Assembly: GCA_963544825.1 (NCBI GenBank)
Contig: CAUUGG010000001.1
Coordinates: 80,890-144,889 of the forward strand
DNA length: 64,000 nt
Direction of reading: 5' to 3'
Source: an uncultured Acholeplasmataceae bacterium
GTDB taxonomy: Bacteria; Bacillota_I; Bacilli_A; Acholeplasmatales; Acholeplasmataceae
The notes beneath the pieces were generated by a model. It was not told where the DNA came from. It ran no database searches and was given only the letters and a program-made list of their open reading frames with translations. A program made the translations under genes and the position numbers. Below, one piece after another: positions 1 to 11,417 of this stretch. Position 1 is the stretch's first letter; each line of letters starts with the position of its first letter.

Positions 1-1
1 A

Positions 2-1111
2 TATAAAGCAGAAGTAGTTAGTGTTGGTGTATATACTCCTGAAATGCGTGAAACCGATACTTTGGCAGCGGGAGAAGTTGGATTTATCTACGCCCAAATT
101 AAGTCAATTCAAGACATTCAAGTCGGAGATACCATTACTTTTTTTGAAAATCAAGCAACTGAACCTCTGCCCGGATATAAAAAATTAAACCCTGTTGTTT
201 TCTCAGGTATTTATCCAGTTGAAAATAAAAATTACGCTCAATTGAAAGAAGCACTTGAAAAACTAAAATTAAACGATGCGGCTTTAACTTACGAAATGGA
301 GACTTCTAAAGCACTTGGTTTTGGTTTTAGAACAGGTTTCCTAGGATTGCTTCACTTAGAAATTATTCAAGAGCGAATTCGCCGCGAGTTTAATATTGAC
401 ATTATTGCCACTGCTCCGTCAGTTATTTACACAGTTCATTTAACAAATGGCAATGTTATTCAAATTCAAAACCCGTGTGAACTGCCAGAACCACAACAAA
501 TTTCCTATATTTTAGAGCCTTTTGTGAAAGCCTCTATTATGACTCCATCTGAATACGTCGGCAGTGTTATGGAAATTTGTCAGGCTAAACGCGGGGTTTT
601 TGTCTCAATGAATTACTTAGATAAAAACCGCGTGAACATCATTTACAAGCTACCGCTTTCTGAAATCGTTTATAACTTTTTTGACAAACTAAAATCACAA
701 ACTAAAGGTTATGCGTCGTTTGACTACGATATGGACGAATATGTACGCTCTAACTTAGTTAAGTTAAATATCTTGTTAAACGGTGAACAAATTGATGCTC
801 TGGCAACAATTGTACACAAAGATTTTGCTGAGTCCAGAGGCCGTGCCTTGACTGAGAAAATGAAGGATTTAATTCCAAGACAAATGTTTGAAATTCCCGT
901 GCAAGCGGCAATTGGTAACCGAATTATTGCAAGATCAACAATTAAAGCAATGCGCAAAGACGTGCTGGCTAAATGTTATGGCGGTGATATTTCTCGTAAG
1001 ATGAAACTCCTTCAAAAACAAAAAGAAGGTAAAAAGAAAATGAAACAAATCGGTCGTGTTTCAGTACCACAAGAGGCTTTTTTGGCTATCTTAAAACAAG
1101 GGGATGATTAG
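2..1111 (+). CDS. lepA: Elongation factor 4 (LepA), C-terminal part. The frame is open to the window edge, so the 5' end lies upstream.
   Basis: The translation ([48 protein letters not shown]) is typical of the LepA C-terminus. There is no stop between nt 2 and the listed ATG at 44. Confidence 0.9.
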   Translation, partial: YKAEVVSVGVYTPEMRETDTLAAGEVGFIYAQIKSIQDIQVGDTITFFENQATEPLPGYKKLNPVVFSGIYPVENKNYAQLKEALEKLKLNDAALTYEMETSKALGFGFRTGFLGLLHLEIIQERIRREFNIDIIATAPSVIYTVHLTNGNVIQIQNPCELPEPQQISYILEPFVKASIMTPSEYVGSVMEICQAKRGVFVSMNYLDKNRVNIIYKLPLSEIVYNFFDKLKSQTKGYASFDYDMDEYVRSNLVKLNILLNGEQIDALATIVHKDFAESRGRALTEKMKDLIPRQMFEIPVQAAIGNRIIARSTIKAMRKDVLAKCYGGDISRKMKLLQKQKEGKKKMKQIGRVSVPQEAFLAILKQGDD

Positions 1112-2208
1112 TGCGTGGGCTTTACGTACACATCCCTTTTTGTCATTTAATTTGTTCGTATTGTGACTTTGTCAAAAAACAAGTTAAAGACAAAGCAGAA
1201 GAAGATGGATATATAAAAAGCCTAATTGAAGAGCTAAATAGTGTGTATTTAGACAACCTATATTTTGACACTGTCTTTATTGGCGGTGGGACTCCGAATA
1301 ATCTGAGTTTAGAAAATATAAACTTATTGTTAAAAACCTTAAAAAAGTTTAAAGGTGTAAAAGAGTATACAATTGAATGCAATCCCGAACTAATTACCAA
1401 AGAACAAGTTGCTTTATTTAAGAAATATGGCGTAAACCGTGTGTCTTTAGGCGTGCAGAGTTTTAACCCAGAAACCATAAAATTTCTGAAACGCAACCAC
1501 ACAGTTTTAGATGTTAAAAACTCAGTTAAACTAATTAAAAAGGCTGGTATTCAAAACATTTCTTTTGATTTGATGTACGGTATAAAAAATCAAAGTTTAG
1601 AAATACTAAAAAAAGATTTAGAAATTGCAATAAAGTTTAAACCTAAACATATATCATATTATGCCTTAATTTTAGAACAGAACACCTTTTTAGCGTTCTT
1701 AGAAAAGCAAGGTATCAAAACGACTTTAGCAGACGAAATGTGTTTGAAGCAATATAACTTTATTAAAAAAATCCTAAGAAAACACCACTTTTCACAATAC
1801 GAAACTTCAAATTATGCAAGGTCAAAATACCAGTCACAACATAACTTAATCTACTGGACAGACTCGACATATATAGGCGCTGGGCTTGCTGCAAGCGGCT
1901 ATACCGCGGGAATGCGTACAAATAACACCGCAATTTTGCACGCCTACATTAACAAAGGACCAGAAAAAACAGAAGTAAAACAAAGTGAAAGTGAGTTAAT
2001 TTCAACAGCAGTAGTGCTTGGACTTCGTAAAACTAATGGTATAAAACTTAAATATTTTAAGAAAAAATACAGCGTTGATTTACTTAAATATTTCCCGGTA
2101 ATTAAGAAATTACTTACAAGAAAAATGTTGAGATACACCAAAGGTAGGTTGTATATACCATATAAATACATTTATTTAGAGAACCAAATTATGCAGGAGT
2201 TTGTATGA
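1111..2208 (+). CDS. hemW: Radical SAM heme chaperone / coproporphyrinogen III oxidase-like protein (HemW/HemN family)
   Basis: It has an N-terminal CxxxCxxC motif (HIPFCHLICSYCDF) and a GGGTP motif. The GTG start overlaps the lepA stop, and it sits in the conserved lepA-hemN neighbourhood. Confidence 0.85.
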   Translation: MRGLYVHIPFCHLICSYCDFVKKQVKDKAEEDGYIKSLIEELNSVYLDNLYFDTVFIGGGTPNNLSLENINLLLKTLKKFKGVKEYTIECNPELITKEQVALFKKYGVNRVSLGVQSFNPETIKFLKRNHTVLDVKNSVKLIKKAGIQNISFDLMYGIKNQSLEILKKDLEIAIKFKPKHISYYALILEQNTFLAFLEKQGIKTTLADEMCLKQYNFIKKILRKHHFSQYETSNYARSKYQSQHNLIYWTDSTYIGAGLAASGYTAGMRTNNTAILHAYINKGPEKTEVKQSESELISTAVVLGLRKTNGIKLKYFKKKYSVDLLKYFPVIKKLLTRKMLRYTKGRLYIPYKYIYLENQIMQEFV

Positions 2209-3113
2209 AACCGTTTTTAATCAATGAATTTATTTTATATTTAAAAAACGAAAAGTCTTTAGCGAAAACTACCCAAAATGCCTACAAGGTTGACATTCAA
2301 CAGTACTTTGAGTTCTTTAAAAAATATCACAAAGAAATCCAAAGACCTGAACAAATTAGTCCTAAACTGATTAAAAACTACATTAGAACGTTGCAAAAAA
2401 AATATGACAGTAGGACAACTAATAGAAAAATTTCAGCAATCAAAACGTTTCATGTTTTTCTTGAAATGGATGGTTTGACTAAAGAAAATCCAGCACAAGA
2501 AATTAAAAATATTAAAGAAAAAGAAAAAGTAATTCGCACTATCAACGCAGAGCAAACTAGTAAAATGATAGATTCAATTGATTTAAAAACTGTTTACAAT
2601 GTTCGCAACCTGGCGATGTTTTTAGTCTTATACGGTTCTGGTCTTCGCGTTTCTGAATTGATTGGACTTGACTTAAAGTCACTACATTTAAACGAAGGGT
2701 TTTTAATTGTTGAAGGGAAAGGCAGTAAAGAACGAACTGTACCACTTACCGAAAAAGCAGTAGAAGCACTTAAAATATACATTAAAGATGCCCGCAATAT
2801 CATCTTAAAAGAACGCACTTTACCTGCTTTGTTTGTGAGTAGAAACAACAAAAGAATAACTCGACAAGGGTTCTTTAAGATAGTTAAAAACATCGCTGAA
2901 GAAAACGAAATTGAAAATGTTTCACCACACACTTTCAGGCATTCTTTTGCAACACACTTGCTGGAAAATGGTTGTGATTTAAGAGTGCTACAAAAAATAC
3001 TAGGACACGAAAGCATTCAAACAACACAAATTTACACTAATATTTCAGATAAATACAAGCGAGAAAAGTACAATAAAACTAGACCAAAAATAGCAGATCT
3101 AGAAAAATCATAA
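2205..3113 (+). CDS. Tyrosine site-specific recombinase, XerC/XerD family
   Basis: It has an N-terminal SAM-like domain and the catalytic residues in GLRVSE, HTFRHSFATHLL and LGHESIQTTQIYT. The start overlaps the hemW stop as ATGA. Confidence 0.85.
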   Translation: MKPFLINEFILYLKNEKSLAKTTQNAYKVDIQQYFEFFKKYHKEIQRPEQISPKLIKNYIRTLQKKYDSRTTNRKISAIKTFHVFLEMDGLTKENPAQEIKNIKEKEKVIRTINAEQTSKMIDSIDLKTVYNVRNLAMFLVLYGSGLRVSELIGLDLKSLHLNEGFLIVEGKGSKERTVPLTEKAVEALKIYIKDARNIILKERTLPALFVSRNNKRITRQGFFKIVKNIAEENEIENVSPHTFRHSFATHLLENGCDLRVLQKILGHESIQTTQIYTNISDKYKREKYNKTRPKIADLEKS

Positions 3114-3134
3114 TTTAGTTTTTTTAAACTAAAT
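3113..3134. other. 22-bp AT-only palindrome (ATTTAGTTT-tttt-AAACTAAAT) starting at the last base of the xer stop codon. It may be a weak terminator or a protein-binding site.
   Basis: I read the 9-bp arms and 4-nt centre directly from the sequence. Confidence 0.35.
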
Positions 3135-3146
3135 GATAAAAAAATT

Positions 3147-3212
3147 AAAAAGTTTAACTTATGTTGTGGAGCGAATATCCGCGATGCTGTTAAACTTTTT
3201 TTATTTTTTAAA
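3147..3212 (+). terminator. Putative terminator for the lepA-hemW-xer unit. It is a 12-bp inverted repeat AAAAAGTTTAAC/GTTAAACTTTTT with a 30-nt loop and a following T-run.
   Basis: The arms at 3147-3158 and 3189-3200 are perfectly complementary and are followed by TTTTTTATTTTTT. The loop is long, so function is uncertain. Confidence 0.35.
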
Positions 3213-3985
3213 TTTTTTTAAAATATAGACTTATCTTTACCATAAAATTGTGCGAAATTTAATTTAATAGCAAGTTTAGTATAATTAAACATTTATTAAA
3301 AATATAATATATTATTAAATCAAATATTTAGTGATTTTTTTATTAAAGATATTTAAGATATAAAAACAATGGAAGTATTAAATTATTTTTTATACAATCA
3401 TTTTGCTATATACTCATCTAAACTAAAAAAGTTTATCTCCGTCTATCTGTGTTTAATTTGGGCAGGTAAAAAAACTATGTTATTTTAAGACGCTCTAGGA
3501 CAAAACAGAATGGATAATTGCCCATAAAACATAATAATAATCGCTCAAAACACGCCTATAGAAAGTTTAGTATATGTAATGTTTAATTAAAAATAGTAAA
3601 AAAGTTTAATAGTATTTAAATAGTATTTATACCTGGGCACAATGCTAATAAATTTTAATTTATAGTTTTTCACTATTTTTTCCAAACTGAATACTCTGGA
3701 TAAATTATCGCTAAAAAACTCGTTTTTGAGCATAGAATAGTGAAAATTCTGATAGTTAATAGTAATCCACATTCCCACACATTTTCACTTGTCGGCTTCG
3801 CTAACTTGCTATATTTTGGTTTACATAATATATATTATAGGAACAAATAAAAAAATAACAAAAAACAGAAATAAACTATGCATTCACGCTAAAATTAAAA
3901 ATAAGGTGTATAAAAGTAGTTATACTTATTTACTTCTCTCTTTTTTATGTTCACATTTGAAAAATGAATATGAAAAAAACGCAAA

Positions 3986-4061
3986 ACGAGTTTTAACGAA
4001 ATTAAATTCACAGAATTGATGGAATGACTGTGAATTTTGTTAATTTTTTGCCAAAACTCGT
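3986..4061. other. Extended imperfect hairpin of about 76 nt with helices of 9, 5 and 10 bp. It may be an ncRNA element or a minus-strand terminator.
   Basis: ACGAGTTTT (3986-3994) pairs with AAAACTCGT (4053-4061). AAATT (3999-4003) pairs with AATTT (4042-4046). AAATTCACAG (4004-4013) pairs with CTGTGAATTT (4028-4037). On the minus strand the hairpin is followed by UUUGCGUUUUUUU. Confidence 0.45.
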
Positions 4062-4380
4062 GAGTTAGCAACTTAATTAACAATTAAACTTTTATGTAAT
4101 TTACAAATAAATATTAGTAAAACTAAACTAACTAAACTACTTCTTCTCTTAGAAATAATTAGGCTTATTTTTAAATTGTTGTTTTTTATGTTGTTATGTT
4201 TTTAGTGCAGCGTTTTTCTACTAAGACAAATGTGTCGAGTCTTATTATAAATAACTAAAAAATATTAAAAAAGTTTAGTTTTATTAAACTCACAATAATT
4301 AGCGAAAAAGTCATACTTTCTGAGGCGTTGTACTTTTCGTTTGAAGAAAAATTTACAAATATTTAAGTGTACATTTTACA

Positions 4381-4416
4381 TTTAAACTAATTTAAAACTG
4401 TTTTAATTAGTTTAAA
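4381..4416. repeat. Near-perfect 36-bp palindrome TTTAAACTAATTTAAAAC-t-GTTTTAATTAGTTTAAA
   Basis: The arms pair along about 17 bp with a single 1-nt bulge, read directly from the sequence. Confidence 0.5.
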
Positions 4417-4519
4417 AATATTAAACTCATTAAAATATCATTTTCGTGTTCCAATTCTTAAGTCATTAAACTTTTTTGTAGTTTTCGTAATGAAAAATTT
4501 AGTAAACTTTTTTTATTTC

Positions 4520-4528
4520 TGTGGATAA
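4520..4528 (-). promoter_or_regulatory. Perfect DnaA-box consensus (TGTGGATAA, the reverse complement of TTATCCACA)
   Basis: It is an exact 9-mer match, flanked by 12-mer repeat copies at 4502 and 4541. One-mismatch boxes lie at 3695-3703 (TCTGGATAA) and 3763-3771 (TAATCCACA). Confidence 0.35.
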
Positions 4529-5632
4529 TATAAAAACACTGTTAAACTTTTTTAGTTTTTTTAACTTTAGTTATTTTACATTCCTGTTCTTTTCTTAAAA
4601 TATAAATAGTGCATTATTTAAAAAGGGGACAACAAACGAAGATAAACTAATGCAAGAATTTGTAAATAATTTTCAGATATTGAAATTACAAATATTATCG
4701 CAGTCTTCTGCAGCCTATACCAATCCAACAGGTTTTTTTATGTCTATGCTTTATACGGTTTTATTTACAATAACTTCAAATTAAATCCAAAAATACTCTT
4801 CAATTTTTATTTTAAACTTTTTGTATTTAAAACTATTTTGTTTATTTAAATTAAACTATGCAGATTTTAAGTTTTATTTACTAAAAGCAAACAGGACATC
4901 TAAAATGTAAAGTTATTTTAAGTTTCACTAACACTTATAAACTTCATTTTCATTTTCGTAATTTTGCAGAGCGCTAATGTGGTTCTCCTTTTTGCAAGTG
5001 GGTGAAAAAGATTTAAAATAGTCACTTCAACCGAGCTTGTGTATGTTAATGATTATTTTAAAAAACGACACTTTGTAATAATTTCTAATTTATTTTTTTA
5101 AATTGCGCAAACTGTGGAAATCAGAATTTAAAAATGTCTGTGTTTAAAAATTGTATTTTATTAACTCTAAGGCACTTCTTAAATTAGATAAATTAAAATT
5201 AAGTTAAAGACAATCTTGGTGAACTCCTAGGTAAAGCAGTCAAAAAAAACTATAAACAGTTTACGTTTTTTTGGTTTAGTTTTGTTTTAAATATGCTAAG
5301 CATAAGTGAAACACATTGATAAATAATCTGGCGCAAATATTGTCTTAAGTGTGCATTAAACTTTTTTAATATAAATGTATTTAGTTTAATTAAAATAAAC
5401 TACTGGAATTTTTGTTATCGAACAAATATAACGCAGATTTTGTATAAAACAATTTAGCCATAAAAGTTATTCGTGATATTTTTAGGCCTGTATTTTCACT
5501 AACTAGCGTATTAAAAATGGTATTAAACATAAATATAAATAATTTTAAAAGTTTAATTAAAATAAACTGCGTAAATTACAAAAATCTAATTAATGTGTTT
5601 TTTATTTGCATATAATGTTATATAATATATAA

Positions 5633-6943
<1,311 letters not shown>

Positions 6944-6984
6944 ATTTTAGTTTAATTATTTAAATACACATAAAAATGAAAGTT

Positions 6985-7018
6985 AAAAGCCCTTTGTTCT
7001 TGCACAAAGGGGCTTTTA
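6985..7018 (+). terminator. Rho-independent terminator after eno
   Basis: The GC-containing hairpin AAAAGCCCTTTGT-tcttgc-ACAAAGGGGCTTTT is followed by T residues. Confidence 0.75.
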
Positions 7019-7039
7019 ATTGTCAAAATAAGGTTAAAA

Positions 7040-7489
7040 ATGAAGATTATCGCAAACAACAAAAAAGCATATTTTGACTTTGAAATCATTAAAACCTACG
7101 AAGCAGGAATAGTTTTAACTGGTTCTGAAGTCAAGGCTCTTCGCGCCGGTAAAGTCACAATGACTGGTGCTTTTTGCGATATTACTAAACATTTAGAACT
7201 TTACTTGCGCGACATGAAAATTGGGTTTGCAAAAGAAAACCTTGCTAAGTTTCAACACAAAGAAATAAACGCTCGTAAACTGCTTTTACATAAAGCCGAA
7301 ATTATTCAAATTAAACAAAAAGTTTTTGAAAAAGGTTTGACTTTAATTCCTTTAAAAATTTACTTTAACCATGCTCTTGTAAAGGTAGAAATTGGGCTGT
7401 GTCGCGGTAAAAACTTAAGGGATAAAAGGCAAACCATTAAAGAACGCGATTTGAAACGTGAAAACGCTAAATTTAAACTAAAAGTTTAA
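7040..7489 (+). CDS. smpB: SsrA-binding protein SmpB
   Basis: The N-terminus NKKAYFDFEI..YEAGIVLTGSEVKALR and the 149-aa length are typical of SmpB. Confidence 0.93.
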   Translation: MKIIANNKKAYFDFEIIKTYEAGIVLTGSEVKALRAGKVTMTGAFCDITKHLELYLRDMKIGFAKENLAKFQHKEINARKLLLHKAEIIQIKQKVFEKGLTLIPLKIYFNHALVKVEIGLCRGKNLRDKRQTIKERDLKRENAKFKLKV

Positions 7490-7505
7490 CAAAAGGTATC
7501 AAATT

Positions 7506-10085
7506 ATGAAAAAACTAACAGGCAACCAAATCAGACAAATGTGGCTGGATTTCTTTAAATCCAAAGACCACTATGTATATAAGTCAGTTTCGTTAATTCC
7601 GAAAAACGACAAGACTTTACTGTGGATTAACTCAGGTGTAGCGTCACTTAAACAATACTTTGACGGCACTATGATGCCGCCATATCCAAGAATTACTAGT
7701 TCCCAAAAGTGTATCCGCACAAACGATATTGAAAACGTGGGACTAACCGCGAGACACCATACTTTTTTTGAGATGCTTGGTAACTTTTCTATTGGCAACT
7801 ACTTTAAAAAAGAAGCGATTGCTTTTGCTTTTGAGTTAATGACTTCACCTAAATGGTTTGGGTTTGACTTAAATAAACTTTATTTTACATATTATCCTAA
7901 AGACCTTGAAACTAAAGAAATTTGGCTAAGTTTAGGTGTTTCTGAAAGTAAATTAGTGCCGCTTGAATCAAATTTTTGGGAAATTGGCGATGGACCTTGC
8001 GGGCCAAATACCGAAATAATTTATGACCGTGGAGAAAAATATGACCCACGCGGAGAAGTAGCTTTAAGAAACGACTTAGAAACTGCTCGCTATGTTGAAC
8101 TTTGGAATATAGTTTTTTCTTCTTTTAACGCAGAAACTGGCAAAAAACGAGAAGACTACAAACCGCTTCCGCACAAAAACATTGATACTGGCGCTGGTTT
8201 TGAGCGACTTTGCGCAATTATGCAAGATGTGGAAACTAACTACGACACTGATTTGTTTGCGCCAATTATGCGAGCAATTGAAAAACAAACCAATCACAAA
8301 TACCTAGGTCAAAAAGAGTTTAAAATCATTGCTGACCACTTAAAAACTGTGACTTTTGCAGTTTCAGATGGAGCCGTGGTTTCAAATGAAGGCAGAGGAT
8401 ACGTGCTTAGAAGACTAATTCGTCGTGCTGTTAAAGCAGGGCGTAGACTTGGTATGCAGAAACCTTTTATATATCTGCTTGTGCCAAGTGTAATTGAGGC
8501 AATGTGTGAGTTTTACACTGACCTTAAAAATAGTGTTGAAGTTGTTCAAAACATTTTAAAACAAGAAGAAGAGAAGTTTTTAGAAACTATTGAAGCCGGT
8601 GAAAAAGAGTTTTTTAAACTTATTCAAATCAAAAAATCAATTTCCGGCGAAAGCGCTTTTAAGTTATATGACACCTACGGCTTCCCGTTTGAGTTAACTA
8701 AAGAGTATGCCGATGAAAACGGTGTTGAAGTTGATGAAAAAGGTTTTCATGAGTTTCTAGCCAAACAAAAAGAGCTTTCTCGCTCTGCTCGCCAAAACTT
8801 TCAGTCAATGAAGGGGCAAAACAAAGGGTTTTTAGAGTTTAGCGAAAAATCTGAGTTTATAGGATATGAAAACTTATCGTCTGAATCTAGAGTAATCAAA
8901 GTTTTTAAAGAAGGGATTGTCCTTGATAAAACTCCTTTTTTTGCAGAAACCGGGGGTCAAGTTTCGGACCTTGGAACTATTGAAAAAGCGGAAGTGAAAG
9001 GCATGCTTAAACTACCGTTTGGCCAACACCTACACATTGTTGAATCTCAGTTTAAAGAAGGCGAAGTCGTTAAATGCCAAGTTGACGAAGCACACCGCAC
9101 ACCTACTATGTATAACCACAGTGCAACTCACTTAATTCACAGAGCCTTGAAAGATGTGCTAGGTGAATACGTTAACCAAAGAGGTTCAAAAGTTTGTGCG
9201 CCTTACTTGAGATTTGATTTTAACTGCTACAATTTTCCAAAAGACGAAGAACTCTTAAAGGCTGAAAAAATTGTTAAAGATAAAATTAAAAAAGGCCTTA
9301 AAGTTAAGTATGAATACACTGATTACGACACTGCTTTAAAACACGGCGCAATCGCCTTGTTTGGCGAAAAATACGATAAAACTGTTAGAATGGTTTCAAT
9401 GGAAAACTACTCAATTGAGCTATGTGGTGGTACTCACGTTAAAAATACAAATGAAATAAAAGACTTTGCGATTACACAAATTGAGTCAATTGGTTCTGGA
9501 CTTTACCGTATTTTTGCGGTTTCTGGTGCAAACCTAAAGGCTAAAGTTGAAGAATATGCTGCACATTACTTTAATGAAGCCAGTGTTATTTTAAACAAAG
9601 TTAATGAACTAAACAATGTTTCGCTTAAATTAGAGTTTGCGAAAAAACCAGAAATTAAAGGTTCATATCAAGATATTTTAAATGCAAAATCATACCTGCA
9701 AGAAATCAAAGAACTAGCCTTAAAATATGAAAAACAAATTAGTGAAATTAACATTAAAAATGCTTTAAAATCGCTTAACAATGCGACTTCACAGAATTAT
9801 ATTTTTAAGTCAAAGATAGATTCAAAAATCGCAAAAGATGTGTTTATGCAGTATGTAAACACCCAAAAACTAAATAACTGTATTATGATAAACATAGATG
9901 GTGAAAAGGTTAATATTTTTGTTAAATCAAATACTCAAAAAGCCACTGACTACATTAAAGAAATCAACTCTATTCTTAACTCAAAAGGTGGAGGTAGACC
10001 TGATTTTGCTACCGCTGGCGGTGGTGATTTAAGCAGAGTTGACCTAGTTTTAAAGGAGTTTAACAAAAATGATTCTTGGAATTGA
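7506..10085 (+). CDS. alaS: Alanine--tRNA ligase
   Basis: The 859-aa translation has a class II AlaRS catalytic core (FEMLGNFSIGNYFK), an editing domain (HSATHL, CGGTHV) and a C-terminal DHHA1 region. Confidence 0.96.
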   Translation: MKKLTGNQIRQMWLDFFKSKDHYVYKSVSLIPKNDKTLLWINSGVASLKQYFDGTMMPPYPRITSSQKCIRTNDIENVGLTARHHTFFEMLGNFSIGNYFKKEAIAFAFELMTSPKWFGFDLNKLYFTYYPKDLETKEIWLSLGVSESKLVPLESNFWEIGDGPCGPNTEIIYDRGEKYDPRGEVALRNDLETARYVELWNIVFSSFNAETGKKREDYKPLPHKNIDTGAGFERLCAIMQDVETNYDTDLFAPIMRAIEKQTNHKYLGQKEFKIIADHLKTVTFAVSDGAVVSNEGRGYVLRRLIRRAVKAGRRLGMQKPFIYLLVPSVIEAMCEFYTDLKNSVEVVQNILKQEEEKFLETIEAGEKEFFKLIQIKKSISGESAFKLYDTYGFPFELTKEYADENGVEVDEKGFHEFLAKQKELSRSARQNFQSMKGQNKGFLEFSEKSEFIGYENLSSESRVIKVFKEGIVLDKTPFFAETGGQVSDLGTIEKAEVKGMLKLPFGQHLHIVESQFKEGEVVKCQVDEAHRTPTMYNHSATHLIHRALKDVLGEYVNQRGSKVCAPYLRFDFNCYNFPKDEELLKAEKIVKDKIKKGLKVKYEYTDYDTALKHGAIALFGEKYDKTVRMVSMENYSIELCGGTHVKNTNEIKDFAITQIESIGSGLYRIFAVSGANLKAKVEEYAAHYFNEASVILNKVNELNNVSLKLEFAKKPEIKGSYQDILNAKSYLQEIKELALKYEKQISEINIKNALKSLNNATSQNYIFKSKIDSKIAKDVFMQYVNTQKLNNCIMINIDGEKVNIFVKSNTQKATDYIKEINSILNSKGGGRPDFATAGGGDLSRVDLVLKEFNKNDSWN

Positions 10086-10488
10086 TCTTGGCTCAAAAAC
10101 TATGGGCCTCGCAATTTCTGAGTCTCATATAATTGCCAATAACTTAGAAACTTTTCGTTTTGAAAACGAAGACTACTCGCTTTGCATTGCTCATCTAGTT
10201 GAACTTAACACCAAATATAATTTTCAAGAAATCGTACTTGGCTACCCTAAACACATGAATGGAGATGTCGGAGTGCGCGCAAAAATTTCGGAAGACTTTA
10301 AGACCTTAATTGAAGAAGCACTCCCTGGTGTTAAAGTAATTTTAGAAGATGAACGCTTATCTACAAACGCCGTTTTTGGGGTTTTTAGACAAAGTAAAAC
10401 TAATATAAAACAAAGAAAACAATTTAAAGATGAACTTTCTGCTGTTGTAATTTTACAAAAATATCTAGACCGCAGATCAAGTTTTTAA
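10069..10488 (+). CDS. ruvX: Holliday junction resolvase-like / pre-16S rRNA nuclease RuvX (YqgF)
   Basis: It starts MILGIDLGSKTMGLAIS, is 139 aa long and follows alaS as in Bacillus (yrrK). Confidence 0.88.
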   Translation: MILGIDLGSKTMGLAISESHIIANNLETFRFENEDYSLCIAHLVELNTKYNFQEIVLGYPKHMNGDVGVRAKISEDFKTLIEEALPGVKVILEDERLSTNAVFGVFRQSKTNIKQRKQFKDELSAVVILQKYLDRRSSF

Positions 10489-10507
10489 ACCAAAAAAAGG
10501 TGATTTT

Positions 10508-10846
10508 ATGGAAAACGAAGAAAAAGTAATTTCTTTAAATGACAAGGTTATTGAATCCTTAAAAAAAGATAAATCCAGAGAAGTCAAAATATCTGTGGAC
10601 GGTATGGACGAAACCTTTATCGTGATTTTTACAACTACTCGTGAGTTTGCAGGAGAAACTAGAAACTATGTGGCTCTACTTGACAAAGAAGGAACTAACT
10701 TAATTTTTGCCAAATACAACGAACTTACTAAAACTGATACTAACCTTGAGTTTAGCGGTAGTTTAACAGATATAGAAGACGTTGAAGAATACAGACAACT
10801 TACCGAAGTTTTCCTTGAATACATGTCTGATTTGGAGCATGAATAG
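10508..10846 (+). CDS. DUF1292-family protein (YrzB-like)
   Basis: It is a 112-aa acidic protein in the position of B. subtilis yrzB after ruvX. A GGTG RBS lies upstream. Confidence 0.65.
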   Translation: MENEEKVISLNDKVIESLKKDKSREVKISVDGMDETFIVIFTTTREFAGETRNYVALLDKEGTNLIFAKYNELTKTDTNLEFSGSLTDIEDVEEYRQLTEVFLEYMSDLEHE

Positions 10847-11417
10847 TCTAGAATTTAATTTAGTTAAAAACCACTGCATTTTTCACCAAGTTCCTATTTT
10901 AAAAGACAGAGCAGTTTTATATATCAACGAATTGATAAAAAAACAAAACATTAAAAAAATTTTAGAAATTGGAACTGCTTACGGTTTTAGTGCTCTTAGT
11001 TTTTTAAAAGAAAATAAAAACTTAGAGATTACGACTATTGAAAAAAATCCAGATAGTTTTGCGAAAGCAAAACACAATTTTTTAATTTGTGGAGTTGAAA
11101 AACAAGTGACTCCGCTTTTAGCCGATGCAATTGATGTTGACTTTCAAGGTGAGGTTTTTGACCTAATTTTTATAGATGGCCCGAAAGCACAATATTTAAA
11201 ATATTTTGAAAAATTTCAAAACAACTTAAAAAAAGGTGGCCTGATAGTTTGTGACAACATTTCTTTTCACAAACTAAACCAGAACTCAGTTTCTAAAAAC
11301 ACAGCCCAACTTCTTAAAAAACTAGAAACTTTTAAAACCGAAGTTCTCAAAAATAATTCCTTTAAATCTGAGTTTATAGATATCGCAGACGGTCTTTTAG
11401 TATCCAAAAAGTTATGA
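10839..11417 (+). CDS. trmR: SAM-dependent O-methyltransferase, YrrM/TrmR-like (tRNA 5-hydroxyuridine methyltransferase family)
   Basis: It has the ILEIGTAYGFSAL SAM-binding motif plus FIDGPKAQY and GGLIVCDNI, and shows synteny with B. subtilis yrrM. I placed the start at the ATG at 10839 rather than the longer ORF from 10782, which overlaps the upstream gene by 65 nt. Confidence 0.75.
   Translation: MNSLEFNLVKNHCIFHQVPILKDRAVLYINELIKKQNIKKILEIGTAYGFSALSFLKENKNLEITTIEKNPDSFAKAKHNFLICGVEKQVTPLLADAIDVDFQGEVFDLIFIDGPKAQYLKYFEKFQNNLKKGGLIVCDNISFHKLNQNSVSKNTAQLLKKLETFKTEVLKNNSFKSEFIDIADGLLVSKKL

Noticed and set aside
3525-3552. dif-like candidates: ATTGCCCATAA-AACATA-ATAATAATCGC here and TTATGTAATTT near 4094
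   Set aside because: In each case only one arm resembles the E. coli or B. subtilis dif consensus (8 of 11 positions), and the partner arm does not match. I cannot call a dif site without a profile search.
4466-4553. Three regularly spaced repeat copies (36-39 bp period) considered as a mini CRISPR array
   Set aside because: Only a 12-nt core is conserved, the units do not share full 24-48-nt repeats, and no cas genes are present in the window.
4650-4784. 44-aa ORF (MQEFVNNFQILKLQILSQSSAAYTNPTGFFMSMLYTVLFTITSN) in the non-coding field
   Set aside because: The nearest purine-rich RBS-like element (AAAGGGGA) lies about 18 nt upstream, which is too far. I recognise no similarity to known proteins, and the ORF length is compatible with chance. 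It is kept only as something to test with expression data.
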